The notes below the pieces were generated by a model. That model saw only the letters and a list, made by a program, of their open reading frames with translations. It had not been told where the DNA came from and ran no database searches. Shown in pieces: positions 49,841 through 60,083 of a DNA stretch of 64,000 bases (the stretch's first letter is position 1; each line of letters starts with the position of its first letter). The stretch covers positions 6,368,001-6,432,000 of the forward strand of contig CBDBDQ010000005.1 of assembly GCA_965203905.1 (NCBI GenBank). Reading direction: 5' to 3'. Origin of the DNA: Spirochaetia bacterium (GTDB lineage Bacteria; Spirochaetota; Spirochaetia; SZUA-6; Bin103). The position numbers and the translations under genes were made by a program.

Positions 49841-50543
49841 CCTGGGTCAGCGCCTGCGCCGGAGTCCCGCGGGCCACCGTCCGCCCGCGATCCAGCACCA
49901 GCACCCCGTCGTATCCGGCGGTGACCTCGGCGATGTCGTGGGTCACGTACACCACGGTGAGCTCGGGGCGGCGCCGGAACAGTGCCGCCAGGTCCTCCAG
50001 GAAGCGCTCCCTTGCCGCGGGATCCAGTCCGATGGCGGGCTCATCGAGCAGCAGCAGCTCCACGTCCGGCGCCAGTGCCCGGGCGATCAGCACCCGCTGC
50101 CGCTCGCCGGTGGAGAGCGTGGCAAAGCGGCGCTCGGCCAGGTGCTCCACGGCCACCAGCTCCAGTTGACGGACGGCCTGGGCCCGGGCCTCCGCCGGCA
50201 CCTGGCCGTAGAGCACCAGTCCGCCGCGAGCCCGTGACATCACTACCTCGGCGGCGCTCATGAACGGGGGGATCTGGTAGCGCACGTCGCTGTGCACCCA
50301 GCCGATGCGCGCCCGCAGCAGGCGCAGGTCGGTGCGCCCGAAGCGCTCCCCCAGCACCTGCAGGGTCCCCTCGGAAGGATAGGCGTAGCCGGAAAACAAC
50401 CGTACCAGCGATGTCTTGCCGCTGCCGTTGGGACCCAACACGACCCAGCGCTCGCCGCCGCGGAGGGAGATGCTGATGTCGTCGAGTATCCGCGCACCAT
50501 CGACCACCAACGCGATGCCGCTGGCCGCGATCGTGGGTTGCAT
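49746..50543 (-). CDS. ABC ATP-binding protein (ModF/YlmA-like)
   Basis: GPNGSGKT, LSTGERQR, LDEP, VTH. Confidence 0.85.
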   Translation of the reverse strand: MQPTIAASGIALVVDGARILDDISISLRGGERWVVLGPNGSGKTSLVRLFSGYAYPSEGTLQVLGERFGRTDLRLLRARIGWVHSDVRYQIPPFMSAAEVVMSRARGGLVLYGQVPAEARAQAVRQLELVAVEHLAERRFATLSTGERQRVLIARALAPDVELLLLDEPAIGLDPAARERFLEDLAALFRRRPELTVVYVTHDIAEVTAGYDGVLVLDRGRTVARGTPAQALTQVTLQAVFGPRCRLHRHGDRYAIRFVPGPAAT

Positions 50544-50574
50544 GGCCTACGGCGCCACGGGGTGGCCTTGCGTG

Positions 50575-52281
50575 CTAATCGGCAACCGCGGTGGTGTTCA
50601 TCGAACGCAGGAATGCCTCGTTGTTCTTGCTCAGGCGCATGCGCTCCAGCAACAGCTCGATCACGGCTACTTCGTCCATCGGCCCGATCACCTTGCGCAG
50701 CACCCACATCTTGGCCAGCACCTCCTCGGACAGGAGCAGCTCTTCCTTGCGCGTGGCGGAGGCGTTGATGTTCAGCGCCGGATACAGGCGCCGGTCGGCC
50801 AGCCGCCGATCCAGCTTGATCTCCATGTTGCCGGTGCCCTTGAACTCCTCGAAGATCACCTCGTCCATGCGGCTGCCGGTCTCGATCAGGGCGGTTGCCA
50901 CGATGGTCAGGCTGCCGCCGTTCTCCACATTGCGCGCCGCGCCGAAGAACCGCTTGGGCTTGTGCAGGGCGTTCGAGTCCACACCGCCGGAGAGGATCTT
51001 GCCGGACGTCGGCACGGTCTGGTTGTAGGCCCGTGCCAGCCGGGTGATGGAGTCAAGCAGGATCACCACGTCCTTGCCGTGCTCCACCAGGCGCTTGGCC
51101 TTCTCGATCACCATCTCGGCCACCTGCACGTGCCGGGTGGCCTGCTCGTCGAAGGTCGACGACACCACCTCGCCCTGCACGTTGCGCTGCATGTCGGTGA
51201 CCTCCTCGGGGCGTTCGTCGATCAGCAGCACGATGAGGAAGATCTCCGGTTCGTTTTCGGTGATGGCGTTGGCGATACGCTGCATGATCACCGTCTTTCC
51301 CGCGCGCGGCGGCGACACGATCAGACCGCGCTGTCCCTTGCCGATGGGACAGAACAGGTTGATCATGCGGGTGGCCGGCTCGCCGTTCTTGGTCTCCATG
51401 TTGATCCGCTCATCCGGATAGAGCGGCGTCAGGCTCTCGAACGGGATCCGTGCCTGCGCCACCGCCGGCTCGTCGAAGTTCACGGTCTCCACCCGCAGCA
51501 TGGCGAAGAACCGCTCCTGCTCCTTGGGCGAACGGATCTGACCCGATACCGTATCTCCCGTCTTGAGGTTGAACAGACGGATCTGCGACGGGGAGATGTA
51601 GATGTCGTCGGGGCCCGGCAGGTAGCTGTAGTTGGGCGAGCGCAGGAATCCGTACCCGTCGGGCAGGATCTCCAGGGCGCCGTGGGCATAGATCACGCCG
51701 TTGCGTTCGGTGTGCTGCTTGAGAATGGTGAAGATGATCTCCTGCTTCTTCATCGACACCAGCGATTCCTGGTTGCCGCCCAGGGAGAGCGCCATCTCGC
51801 GCAGCTCGGTAATGGTCTTCACCGACAGTTCGTTGATGTGCAGCTTCTCTTCGTTGCCGGTGGGAACGGGCTCTCTGACGTAGTTGTTGTTGCTCGGCAG
51901 GTTGCGCCCTCGGGAACGGCCGCGCCGACGTCCCGGACCGGGACCGTCCCCGTAGTTGCCGTCGGCGTCGCGCCGGCCGCGGCCGCGCTCCGGACGCTCG
52001 CGTTCATATTCCGGGCGCTCGCTGGTACCCGTCGGCGCCCCGCCCTCGCCGGGCTCCTTGATCAACTCCACCCGCAGGCGCCGCTTGCGGCCGCGCCGGG
52101 TCGGCCGCTCGCCGTTGTTGACCTCGCTGCGGCGCGGCGGCGGCGCGTCCTGCTCGACCGGCGGTGCCGGCGGTGGCGCCTCGGGCGGCGTAGCTGGGGC
52201 CGGTGCCGCGGCGGACGGCACCGCGGCGGACGGTGGTGCCGACTCTTCTACTTGGGAATTCGAATCTTGGTCATCTGACAT
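50575..52281 (-). CDS. rho: Transcription termination factor Rho with a long N-terminal extension
   Basis: [39 protein letters not shown]. Confidence 0.97.
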   Translation of the reverse strand: MSDDQDSNSQVEESAPPSAAVPSAAAPAPATPPEAPPPAPPVEQDAPPPRRSEVNNGERPTRRGRKRRLRVELIKEPGEGGAPTGTSERPEYERERPERGRGRRDADGNYGDGPGPGRRRGRSRGRNLPSNNNYVREPVPTGNEEKLHINELSVKTITELREMALSLGGNQESLVSMKKQEIIFTILKQHTERNGVIYAHGALEILPDGYGFLRSPNYSYLPGPDDIYISPSQIRLFNLKTGDTVSGQIRSPKEQERFFAMLRVETVNFDEPAVAQARIPFESLTPLYPDERINMETKNGEPATRMINLFCPIGKGQRGLIVSPPRAGKTVIMQRIANAITENEPEIFLIVLLIDERPEEVTDMQRNVQGEVVSSTFDEQATRHVQVAEMVIEKAKRLVEHGKDVVILLDSITRLARAYNQTVPTSGKILSGGVDSNALHKPKRFFGAARNVENGGSLTIVATALIETGSRMDEVIFEEFKGTGNMEIKLDRRLADRRLYPALNINASATRKEELLLSEEVLAKMWVLRKVIGPMDEVAVIELLLERMRLSKNNEAFLRSMNTTAVAD

Positions 52282-52505
52282 GCGAGGACTCCAGGGTCAG
52301 GATGCACATCGTGCGAAACGCAGGCGGAAACAGCGCCGCCCGTACGTCGTTTGTCTAATGAAAAGATGTGTTCGCGACTGGACTCACCGAACCTTTCCGA
52401 TGGGCAACAATTCTGCGACGAACTTACTCCCGTGGAATCCTGTCCCACCGGTGCAGCGTCGTCCGGCAAGCCGTAATCCGGGCGCGTGCGCCCACTGTTG
52501 AGCTA

Positions 52506-52535
52506 ACTTTACGCCCATTGCCACGGCGGCGTCAA
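52506..52535 (-). promoter_or_regulatory. Putative sigma70 promoter of rho
   Basis: TTGACG-18 nt-TAAAGT. Confidence 0.55.
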
Positions 52536-52589
52536 CGGGGCCGCCGGAAGAAACCGGTATGCCGGGCGGGGGAAATGAACGGTCCCGAT

Positions 52590-53336
52590 TCACCGGTTGC
52601 CGACGGGCTGGTCGCCACGACCGCTCAGCCGGTCATGAATCAGGGTCTGCAGCTCCTCGAGGCTGAGGTCTCCCTCCTTCAGGCGATCTCCCTGACCGCG
52701 TACCAGAGTGATCTGCTCCTCGAGTTCGCTCAGCGTCGTCAGCACCGCCTGTGACTGCTCGGCCACCGTCGCCGCGAACGCCCGCAACGCATCGGCGTCG
52801 CCCTCCTGCTGCAGCCACTCGACCCGGCGCACCTGCTCCTCCAGGGGTCGCCGCACGTGCTCGGAAAAGAAGATCAGCGACTCGTTGAGCGCCTCGATGA
52901 TCCCGAGCCGGTGCTCGCGCCGGGCGAGTTGCCGGGTCAGCTCGTGGCGATGCAGAACGGCCCGGATCCGCGCCAGCACCTCGGAGAAATTGAACGGCTT
53001 GGTGATGTAGTCGTCCACCCCCAACTCCAGGCCCTCGATGCGATCGGCTATCTCATCCATGGCCGAGAACATGATGATGGGCACGTGGCGGTACTGGGCA
53101 TACTCGGGAGCGTTCTTGATCCTCCGCGTCACCTCCCAGCCGGACAACCCCGGCATCAGGTTGTCGAGCACGATGAGATCGGGAGCCACCGCCGCCAACT
53201 GCTCGAGCGCCTGGCGGCCGTCTGCGGCCTTGGAGACTTCGAAACCGAGGCGCGACAGCATCACCTCGAACAGATCGAGATTGATCGGTTCGTCGTCGAC
53301 GATGAGAATCCTGGCGTGTGTGGTGCTGTCCGACAT
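52590..53336 (-). CDS. Response regulator (receiver domain + coiled coil)
   Basis: ILIVDD, PDLIVLD..MP..SG, FSA, DDYITKPF. Confidence 0.9.
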   Translation of the reverse strand: MSDSTTHARILIVDDEPINLDLFEVMLSRLGFEVSKAADGRQALEQLAAVAPDLIVLDNLMPGLSGWEVTRRIKNAPEYAQYRHVPIIMFSAMDEIADRIEGLELGVDDYITKPFNFSEVLARIRAVLHRHELTRQLARREHRLGIIEALNESLIFFSEHVRRPLEEQVRRVEWLQQEGDADALRAFAATVAEQSQAVLTTLSELEEQITLVRGQGDRLKEGDLSLEELQTLIHDRLSGRGDQPVGNR

Positions 53337-53386
53337 GGCTGCGAGCGTGGAACGGATGGTGATCTTCCTACAGCGCGATGGGCGTG

Positions 53387-55078
53387 TCAACGGCGGGGGC
53401 GGTGCTGCCCCGCGGCCAGTCGCATGCCGCTGACGGCGAGCAGTGCCAGCCCCGCCACCAGCGCCGCCACCCCGAACCAGTCCCCCCAACGGGTGTAGAG
53501 GGTCCGGGGGCCATCCACCACCGGCACGGTGCCGATCAGGTAGGCGTCGGTGAACGGCTCCAGCACCTGCAGCAGGCGGCCGTCCGGATCGACGGTCACG
53601 GTCATCCCGCCATTGGTGGAGCGCACCACCGAACGCCGGTTCTCCACCGCTCGGAATATCCCTATCATCATGTGCTGCATCTCGGCCGGCACCGAGGCCG
53701 ACCACGAGTCGTTGCTCATGTTCACCAGTACCTGCGCCCCCTCGCGAACGAATTCCCGACCGAGATAGCCGAAGGTGTCCTCGAAGCAGATCAGGATGGA
53801 GAACCGCACCCCCGGGTGACCGCTGCCGGCGCCGGAGTCGAACACGACGAACTCCGTGCCCTGCTTCCAGAAGTGGGTGTCGGCTTCCTTCAGCCACTGG
53901 TAGATCCCCGGCAGCTGGCGCTTGAACGGAAAGCTCTCCGTGAAGGGCACCAGGTGGATCTTGCGGTAGGTCTGCACGATCTCGCCCTCGTGGAACATGA
54001 TCGCCGCGTTGTAGTCCACCCGCACCTCACCGTCGGCGGTGCGCTCCAGTTGCCCGTCGTCGTTGCCCACCACGAATGGCACGCTCTGCCGGTCCAGGTA
54101 GGCGCGCAGCCGCTGTACCAGGGCGTAGCGGCGCGAGTCGGTGCGGTGCCGCGTATGCCAGTCGATCCCGGGCACGAACGAGGTCTCCGACCAGATCACG
54201 ATGTCGGGATCCTCACGCAGTGCCGCCTCGCTGAGCCGCAGCAGGATCTCCAGCGACCGCTCGTAGGCGTAGAATCCGCCGCGCCAGGGATCGATATTCT
54301 GCTGCACCAGGGCCACGCGCCACTGGCGCACCGCCTGGTAGTCGGCCCGCGCAGTCGCCCCGTACACCACGTTGGCCGCCAGCAGCAGCACCAGACAGAG
54401 CAGTGGAATCCGGTGCCGCGCCCAGAACCGCGCCAGCAATGCGCGCCGCCACGGAGCCGACCGTGCTTCCAGCGCCTCCAGCGCCCACCGGGCCAGCAGC
54501 GCCGACGGGGCGATCACCAGCAGGGACACCCCCCACACCCCGGTGACGCCGGCGATCTGAATGAAGTCGGTCCACAGATACTGGGTGTAGCCGAGGATGC
54601 CGTAGCTGTAGCCGAGGAAGCCGAGGCTCTTGACAAACTCGTAACCGACCCAGACCAGGATCTGCACCAGGTAGCCGTAGCGGGGAAAGAGCTGATCGGC
54701 CAGCTTCAGGAGCAGGAACAGGACCAGCAGATAGCCCATGTAGACAACCGGCACGATGATGATGGCCAGCGGGTGAAACGTAGCCAGCCAGTAGTTGTAG
54801 AGGGCGTAGCTGACGTAGCCGTACAGCACGCCGTAGAGCACCACCCGCAGCCACCCGGCGCGCCGCAGCACCAGGAACACCGGTGCCAGCGCAACGAACG
54901 CCAACGGCCCCACGCCCCAACGCGAGAGCAGGCTGGGGTGGGCCAGGGCGAACAGCAGCGCGGACAGCAGCAGCAGCCCGATCTCGCCGGTGGTGGTACG
55001 GAGCAGTGCGGCGGCCGCGCCCAGCAGGCCGGGCCGCTCCGGGGTGCGCGTCTCGTCGGTAAGGGATATGTCGGTCAC
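53387..55078 (-). CDS. lnt: Apolipoprotein N-acyltransferase (paralogue 2)
   Basis: WSETS, KIHLVPFTE, ICFED, NDSWS. Confidence 0.92.
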   Translation of the reverse strand: MTDISLTDETRTPERPGLLGAAAALLRTTTGEIGLLLLSALLFALAHPSLLSRWGVGPLAFVALAPVFLVLRRAGWLRVVLYGVLYGYVSYALYNYWLATFHPLAIIIVPVVYMGYLLVLFLLLKLADQLFPRYGYLVQILVWVGYEFVKSLGFLGYSYGILGYTQYLWTDFIQIAGVTGVWGVSLLVIAPSALLARWALEALEARSAPWRRALLARFWARHRIPLLCLVLLLAANVVYGATARADYQAVRQWRVALVQQNIDPWRGGFYAYERSLEILLRLSEAALREDPDIVIWSETSFVPGIDWHTRHRTDSRRYALVQRLRAYLDRQSVPFVVGNDDGQLERTADGEVRVDYNAAIMFHEGEIVQTYRKIHLVPFTESFPFKRQLPGIYQWLKEADTHFWKQGTEFVVFDSGAGSGHPGVRFSILICFEDTFGYLGREFVREGAQVLVNMSNDSWSASVPAEMQHMMIGIFRAVENRRSVVRSTNGGMTVTVDPDGRLLQVLEPFTDAYLIGTVPVVDGPRTLYTRWGDWFGVAALVAGLALLAVSGMRLAAGQHRPRR

Positions 55079-55156
55079 GTCACGACCCGGCGCGTCTGCG
55101 CCGGCAGCGGGCCGCGGAGGGTCACGACCGTGAACCGCCGCCGCGCGCCCGTCGGG

Positions 55157-55459
55157 TCAGCGGCGAAGTTGCCAGGCGCGCCGTTTCAGCTCCCGGCCCG
55201 GTCGGAAGGTGACCACGCCGTGGTCTTCGACTTCCACTGCCTCTCCGGTCTTCGGATTGCGCGCTTTGCGCCCCTTGCGGGTCCGTATCTCGAAGGTCCC
55301 GAAGCCACGCAGCTCTATGGTGTGCTCGTCGAGCAGGCCGTCCTTCACCGCATCGAAGAACAGGCCGAGGACCTTGTGGATGCCCTTCTTGCTTACGTCG
55401 ACCTCGGGATAGATGATCTCGATGATTTCCGCTTTGGTCAGCTTCCGGTCCCCAGCCAC
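55157..55459 (-). CDS. HU/IHF family DNA-binding protein (Hbb-like)
   Basis: TKAEI, IELRGFGTF, ARNPKTGE, FRPG.ELK. Confidence 0.92.
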   Translation of the reverse strand: MAGDRKLTKAEIIEIIYPEVDVSKKGIHKVLGLFFDAVKDGLLDEHTIELRGFGTFEIRTRKGRKARNPKTGEAVEVEDHGVVTFRPGRELKRRAWQLRR

Positions 55460-55589
55460 CTTCGCTCTCCACACGCAGCGCCACGGGGCGCATGAATCTC
55501 TCTCACTTCGTTCCGCGGGCGTGGGACGCGGAGCCCGCCACCGGAAGCCCGCTGCCCGCGGTTTCGCTTGCCGGTAGCCGGCAAGCCCT

Positions 55590-55844
55590 CTACAGGTTCG
55601 ACCGGCTGGCGGCGAGCCGACGCTTGCGACGCGCGGCGGTGTTGCGCTTCAGCACGCCCTTCGACACGGCGCGGTCCAACTGGCCCGTGACCGCCGCGAA
55701 CTGCTCGTCGGTTACGCTGCCGTCCGCCATCGCCTCCCGCACCTTGCGCATGGCGGTTCGCACACGGCTCATCACCGCGCGGTTGCGCAGGCGTCGCTTT
55801 TCGTTCTGTCGCTGCCGTTTGGCAGCCGAACGCTTGCTCGGCAA
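55590..55844 (-). CDS. rpsT: 30S ribosomal protein S20
   Basis: SAAKRQRQNEKRRLRN...LDRAVSKGVLKRNTAARRK. Confidence 0.96.
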   Translation of the reverse strand: MPSKRSAAKRQRQNEKRRLRNRAVMSRVRTAMRKVREAMADGSVTDEQFAAVTGQLDRAVSKGVLKRNTAARRKRRLAASRSNL

Positions 55845-55898
55845 AGCTACCTCCTCGTGGACCGGGCGCCGGATCTGGAGTGACGCCGTATGAGCGTT

Positions 55899-55928
55899 AA
55901 CCTAAACAACTAACCGTGACCGAGTCAA
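55899..55928 (-). promoter_or_regulatory. Putative sigma70 promoter of rpsT
   Basis: TTGACT-18 nt-TAGGTT in an AT-richer gap. Confidence 0.55.
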
Positions 55929-55943
55929 CGTGGGGAGCGGGCG

Positions 55944-57188
55944 TCACGGTCCGCGGGTCAACCGCTCCGGCCGGGGCAGAAAGCGAAAAAACCGTTTCTT
56001 GCCGGCACGCAGCACCAACTCGTCCCCGCCGGTCAGGCTGATCTCCTCGTAGACATCGGTGCGCACCTTGCCGTTGAGCCACGCTCCACCCTGCTCGATG
56101 AGGCGGCGAGCCTCGCTCTTGGAGGAGCACAGGGCGCTGCTGGCGAACAGCTCCACCAGGGGAGCGGAGGTTCCCACCCCGGCGGGCAGCTCGGCACTCG
56201 GCATGGCGGAGGTATCGCCGCCGCCGCCGGTGAACAGCGCCCTGCTGGCGTCGCGGGCACGGTCCGCCTCCTCCTGGCCGTGCACCATGCCGGTAAGCTC
56301 CACCGCCAGGCGCTCCTTGGCCTTCCCGAGCGCACGGTCGCGGAGCGCGCTCAGCTCCGCCAACTCCGCATCGGGCAGCAGGGTGAGCAGCGCCAACAGC
56401 TTGGGGACGTCGGCGTCCGGTACGTTGATCCAGTACTGGTAGAACTGGTAGGGACTGACCCGCGCGGGATCGAGGAATAGCGCACCCGCCGCCGTCTTGC
56501 CCATCTTGTTGCCGTCCGCGGTGGTCACCAGCGGCCAGGTCAGGGCGTGCGCCTCCACCCGCTCTACCCGGCGGATCAGGTCGACGCCGGCCAGGATGTT
56601 GGCCCATTGATCGTCGCCGCCGATCTGCAGCAGGCAGCCGTGGCGCCGCTGCAGCACCAGGAAGTCGTAGGCCTGCAGCAGCAGGTAGTTGAACTCCAGG
56701 AAGCTCAGTCCGGTCTCGAGACGGCGCCGATAGGTCTCGAAGCCAAGCATGCGGTTCACCGAGAAGTGGCGGCCGATCTCGCGCAGGAAATCCAGGTAGC
56801 CGAGATCGGCGAGCCACTCGGCGTTGTTCACCACGGTGGTGCGCTCCAGGTCGATGAAACGGCCGACCTGGCGCTGCATCAACTCGGCGTTGCGGGCCAC
56901 GGTCTCCAGCGGCAGCAGCGGGCGCATCTCGTCCTTGTCCGACGGATCGCCCACGCGCGCGGTGGCACCGCCGATCAGCAGCACTGGCCGGTGACCCGCG
57001 CGCTGCAAGTGGGCCATGGCCAGCAGCCCGACCAGGTGGCCCGCGTGCAGACTCGGTCCCGTGGGATCGATGCCGAGGTAGAAGGCAACCGGACCCTCGT
57101 CGAGCAGCCGGTTCAGCGCCTCGCCATCGGTGGTCTGCTTGACGAACCCGCGCCGTGAAAGGGTCGCGAACGCATCCATGCCGGTCAC
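55944..57188 (-). CDS. tyrS: Tyrosine--tRNA ligase
   Basis: GIDPT.PSLHAGH, QIGGDDQW, KMGKT, S4-like C-terminus. Confidence 0.96.
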   Translation of the reverse strand: MTGMDAFATLSRRGFVKQTTDGEALNRLLDEGPVAFYLGIDPTGPSLHAGHLVGLLAMAHLQRAGHRPVLLIGGATARVGDPSDKDEMRPLLPLETVARNAELMQRQVGRFIDLERTTVVNNAEWLADLGYLDFLREIGRHFSVNRMLGFETYRRRLETGLSFLEFNYLLLQAYDFLVLQRRHGCLLQIGGDDQWANILAGVDLIRRVERVEAHALTWPLVTTADGNKMGKTAAGALFLDPARVSPYQFYQYWINVPDADVPKLLALLTLLPDAELAELSALRDRALGKAKERLAVELTGMVHGQEEADRARDASRALFTGGGGDTSAMPSAELPAGVGTSAPLVELFASSALCSSKSEARRLIEQGGAWLNGKVRTDVYEEISLTGGDELVLRAGKKRFFRFLPRPERLTRGP

Positions 57189-58513
57189 GGCACGGCCGCG
57201 CGCCGGTAGCTGCGGATCGCCTCCTGCAGGTGCACGGTCAGCTCGCGGCGGGCCACGCGTTCCTGTGCGGTGGAGTCGCGGAAGCGCACGGTTACCGTGT
57301 CGTCATCCATGCTCTGGTAATCCACCGTCACGCAGAAGGGAGTGCCGATCTCGTCCTGGCGCCGGTAGCGGCGGCCGATCGCGCCACCCTGGTCGTAAAA
57401 GGTGGCGAACGATTCGCGCAACTCCATCTCGATCTCGCGCGCCCGTTCCGCCAGGCCATCCTTCTTCACCAGGGGGAACACCCCTACCGTGATCGGCGCC
57501 ACACGCGGATGGAAGCGCAGCAGCACGCGGCGCTCGCCACCGACCTCGTCCTCGGCGTAGGCGTCCGCCAGCGCCATCAGCACCGAACGGGTCAGGCCCA
57601 CCGCGGTCTCGATGATGAACGGCACGTAGCGCTCGCGGCTGGTCTCGTCCAGGTAGCTCAGGTCCTTGCCGGCAAACTCCATGTGGCGCTTCAGATCGTA
57701 GTCGGTGCGGTTGTGGATCCCTTCCAGCTCCTGCCAGCCGAACGGAAACCGGTACTGGATGTCGTACGCGTCGCGCGCGTAGTGGGCCAGCTCGTCGGGG
57801 CCGTGCTGGTGAAAGCGCAGGTTGTCCGGGTCGATACCGAGATCGAGGTAGTACTGGAAACGGCGCTCCTTCCAGTGCTCGAACCAGCGCACGTCCTCGC
57901 CGGGATGCACGAAATACTGCATCTCCATCTGCTCGAACTCGCAGGTGCGGAAGATGAAGCTCTTGGTGGTGATCTCGTTGCGGAACGCCTTCCCCACCTG
58001 GGCGATGCCGAAGGGAACCTTGAGCCGGCTCGACTGCAGCACGTTCTTGAAGTTGACGTAGCTGCCCTGCGCCGTCTCGGGACGCAGATACACCACGCTG
58101 CCCGCGTCCTGCACCGGTCCCAGGTGGGTCCGGAACATCAGATTGAACTGGCGTGCCGCGGTCAGCTCCGGCTTGCCGCATTGCGGACAGGGACCCGCAG
58201 GATCCTGGATCTGGTCGGCGCGAAAGCGGGCCTTGCAGGTGCGACAGTCCACCAGCGGGTCGGTGAAGTTCTCGACGTGGCCGGACGCCTCCCACACCCG
58301 CGGGTGCATCAGGATGGCGGCGTCGATGCCGACGATGTTGTCGTGGAGCTGGGTCATCTCCCGCCACCAGATGTCGCGCAGCCGGTTCTTGAGCGCGGCA
58401 CCGAGGGGGCCGTAGTCCCACGCCGACGCGAGGCCGCCGTACACGTCGCTGGAGGGGAAGATGAAGCCGCGCCGCTTGCACAGCGCGACCAGAGTGTCCA
58501 TGGCTACCGCCAC
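57185..58513 (-). CDS. glyQS: Glycine--tRNA ligase (alpha2 type)
   Basis: KRRGF, DYGPLG, LRPETAQG, FRNEI, IGRRYRRQDEIGTP. Confidence 0.96.
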   Translation of the reverse strand: MAVAMDTLVALCKRRGFIFPSSDVYGGLASAWDYGPLGAALKNRLRDIWWREMTQLHDNIVGIDAAILMHPRVWEASGHVENFTDPLVDCRTCKARFRADQIQDPAGPCPQCGKPELTAARQFNLMFRTHLGPVQDAGSVVYLRPETAQGSYVNFKNVLQSSRLKVPFGIAQVGKAFRNEITTKSFIFRTCEFEQMEMQYFVHPGEDVRWFEHWKERRFQYYLDLGIDPDNLRFHQHGPDELAHYARDAYDIQYRFPFGWQELEGIHNRTDYDLKRHMEFAGKDLSYLDETSRERYVPFIIETAVGLTRSVLMALADAYAEDEVGGERRVLLRFHPRVAPITVGVFPLVKKDGLAERAREIEMELRESFATFYDQGGAIGRRYRRQDEIGTPFCVTVDYQSMDDDTVTVRFRDSTAQERVARRELTVHLQEAIRSYRRAAVP

Positions 58514-58515
58514 CG

Positions 58516-59976
58516 CTAGCTCCCGACCTCGTCCAGCGTGTTCAGGGCCTGCGCCAGGCGGCGCCGCACCCGCTCCGCGCCGAGCAGGCGCAGGGAACCG
58601 AACAGCGGCGGCGACACCCGGCTACCGGTAGCCGCCAGTCGAATCGTCATCATCAGATCTCCAAACTTCACGCCCTGGGCCGTGGCCAGCTCCCGGAGCC
58701 GTTCCTCCAGCAGATGATCGCCGGCTTCCGGCGTCGTATCGCCGGTTTCCGGCGTCAGCTCCTGCAACAGCGGTACGGCCGCGCGCAGCAGAGCCGCCGC
58801 CTGCGCCGCCGTCAGCCGCTTGGGCAGCAGCTCCGCGGCACTCAGCTTCCGGTCCGCCGCCAGGAACGCGGCCCGCTCGCCCACCTCGTCGAGCACCGAC
58901 AGGCGCTCGCGCAACAGCGCGGCCAGGACCGGCGTCCGGTCGTCCGCCAGCTCGATTCCTGCCGCCCGCAGGTACGGCGCCATGGCCGCCGCGAGACGTG
59001 CCGGCGATAACATACGGATGTACTGGCCGTTGAACCACTCCAGCTTGCGATGATCGAACACCGCGCCGGCGCGTCCGAGCCGCTCCAGGCTGAAGGCGCG
59101 CTCCAGCTCGTCGAGGCGGAACAGCTCGCGGTCGTCGCCCGGCGACCAGCCAAGCAGGGCCAGATAGTTGACCAGAGCCTGCGGCAGGAAGCCACGGCGC
59201 CGGAACTCGCCGATGCCGGTGGCCCCGTGGCGCTTGCCCAGCTTCCTGCCGTCGGGACCGTTCACCGCCGGCAGGTGGGCGTAGCGGGGCGGCTGCCAGC
59301 CGCACGCCTCGAAGATCAACACGTGCAGCGGCGCCGAGGAGACCCATTCCTGCGCACGCAGCACGTGGCTGATGCGCATCTCGTGGTCGTCGACGATCGC
59401 CGCCAGGTGATAGGTCGGGAATCCGTCCGACTTCAGCAACACCGGATCGGGGTTGATGTCGCGGTTGGCGCGCTCGATGGGCCCCAGCAGGAGATCCTCG
59501 TAGCGCGTGGCGCCCTGCAACGGCACCTTGAATCGAATCACCGAGGGCGACCCGAGGCGCTCCTGTGCCGCCCGTGCGTCCGGCGTCAGGTCGCGGCAGT
59601 GGCGGTCGTAGCCGTGGCCGGCGGCGCGGACCCGCTCCAGGCGCTCGGCGGAGCAGTAGCAGCGGTAGGCGCGACCCGCCGCCACCATCCGCTCCGCTGC
59701 CGCCCGATGGAGGTCGACGCGCTGCGACTGCACGTACGGCGCATAGGGGCCGCCGACGTCCGGACCCTCGTCCCAGCGCAGTCCGAGCCAGGTCAGCGTG
59801 TCGTACACATCGGCCAGCGCGTCCGGATCGTAGCGCCGGCGATCGGTGTCCTCGATGCGCAGCACGAAGGTGCCGCCGGTAGCGCGCGCCAGCAGATAGT
59901 CGAACAGCGCCGTGCGTACGTTGCCCACGTGCTGGCGCCCGGTCGGTGATGGAGCGTAGCGAACCCTGACTTCCAT
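58516..59976 (-). CDS. gltX: Glutamate--tRNA ligase
   Basis: RYAPSPTG.QHVGN, RIEDTD, CYC, KSDGFPTYH, KLGKR. Confidence 0.95.
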   Translation of the reverse strand: MEVRVRYAPSPTGRQHVGNVRTALFDYLLARATGGTFVLRIEDTDRRRYDPDALADVYDTLTWLGLRWDEGPDVGGPYAPYVQSQRVDLHRAAAERMVAAGRAYRCYCSAERLERVRAAGHGYDRHCRDLTPDARAAQERLGSPSVIRFKVPLQGATRYEDLLLGPIERANRDINPDPVLLKSDGFPTYHLAAIVDDHEMRISHVLRAQEWVSSAPLHVLIFEACGWQPPRYAHLPAVNGPDGRKLGKRHGATGIGEFRRRGFLPQALVNYLALLGWSPGDDRELFRLDELERAFSLERLGRAGAVFDHRKLEWFNGQYIRMLSPARLAAAMAPYLRAAGIELADDRTPVLAALLRERLSVLDEVGERAAFLAADRKLSAAELLPKRLTAAQAAALLRAAVPLLQELTPETGDTTPEAGDHLLEERLRELATAQGVKFGDLMMTIRLAATGSRVSPPLFGSLRLLGAERVRRRLAQALNTLDEVGS

Positions 59977-60026
59977 GTTTTCCAATGTGGCTACGTGTAG
60001 CTACTGCAAATTCGGGTGCCTGAAAG

Positions 60027-60080
60027 CCCGTGGTGGAACCCGGCGCTGCACCTCAAGTGCAGCCGGTGTTTCGCCACGGG
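60027..60080. terminator. Long GC-rich hairpin right after the EF-G stop (no U-tract)
   Basis: CCCGTGGTGGAAC..GCTGCAC-CTCAA-GTGCAGC..GTTTCGCCACGGG. Confidence 0.5.
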
Positions 60081-60083
60081 CCG

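Noticed and set aside
48233-55078. Two lnt genes as a novelty
   Set aside because: Multiple lnt paralogues are common in spirochaetes; both keep the E-K-C triad.
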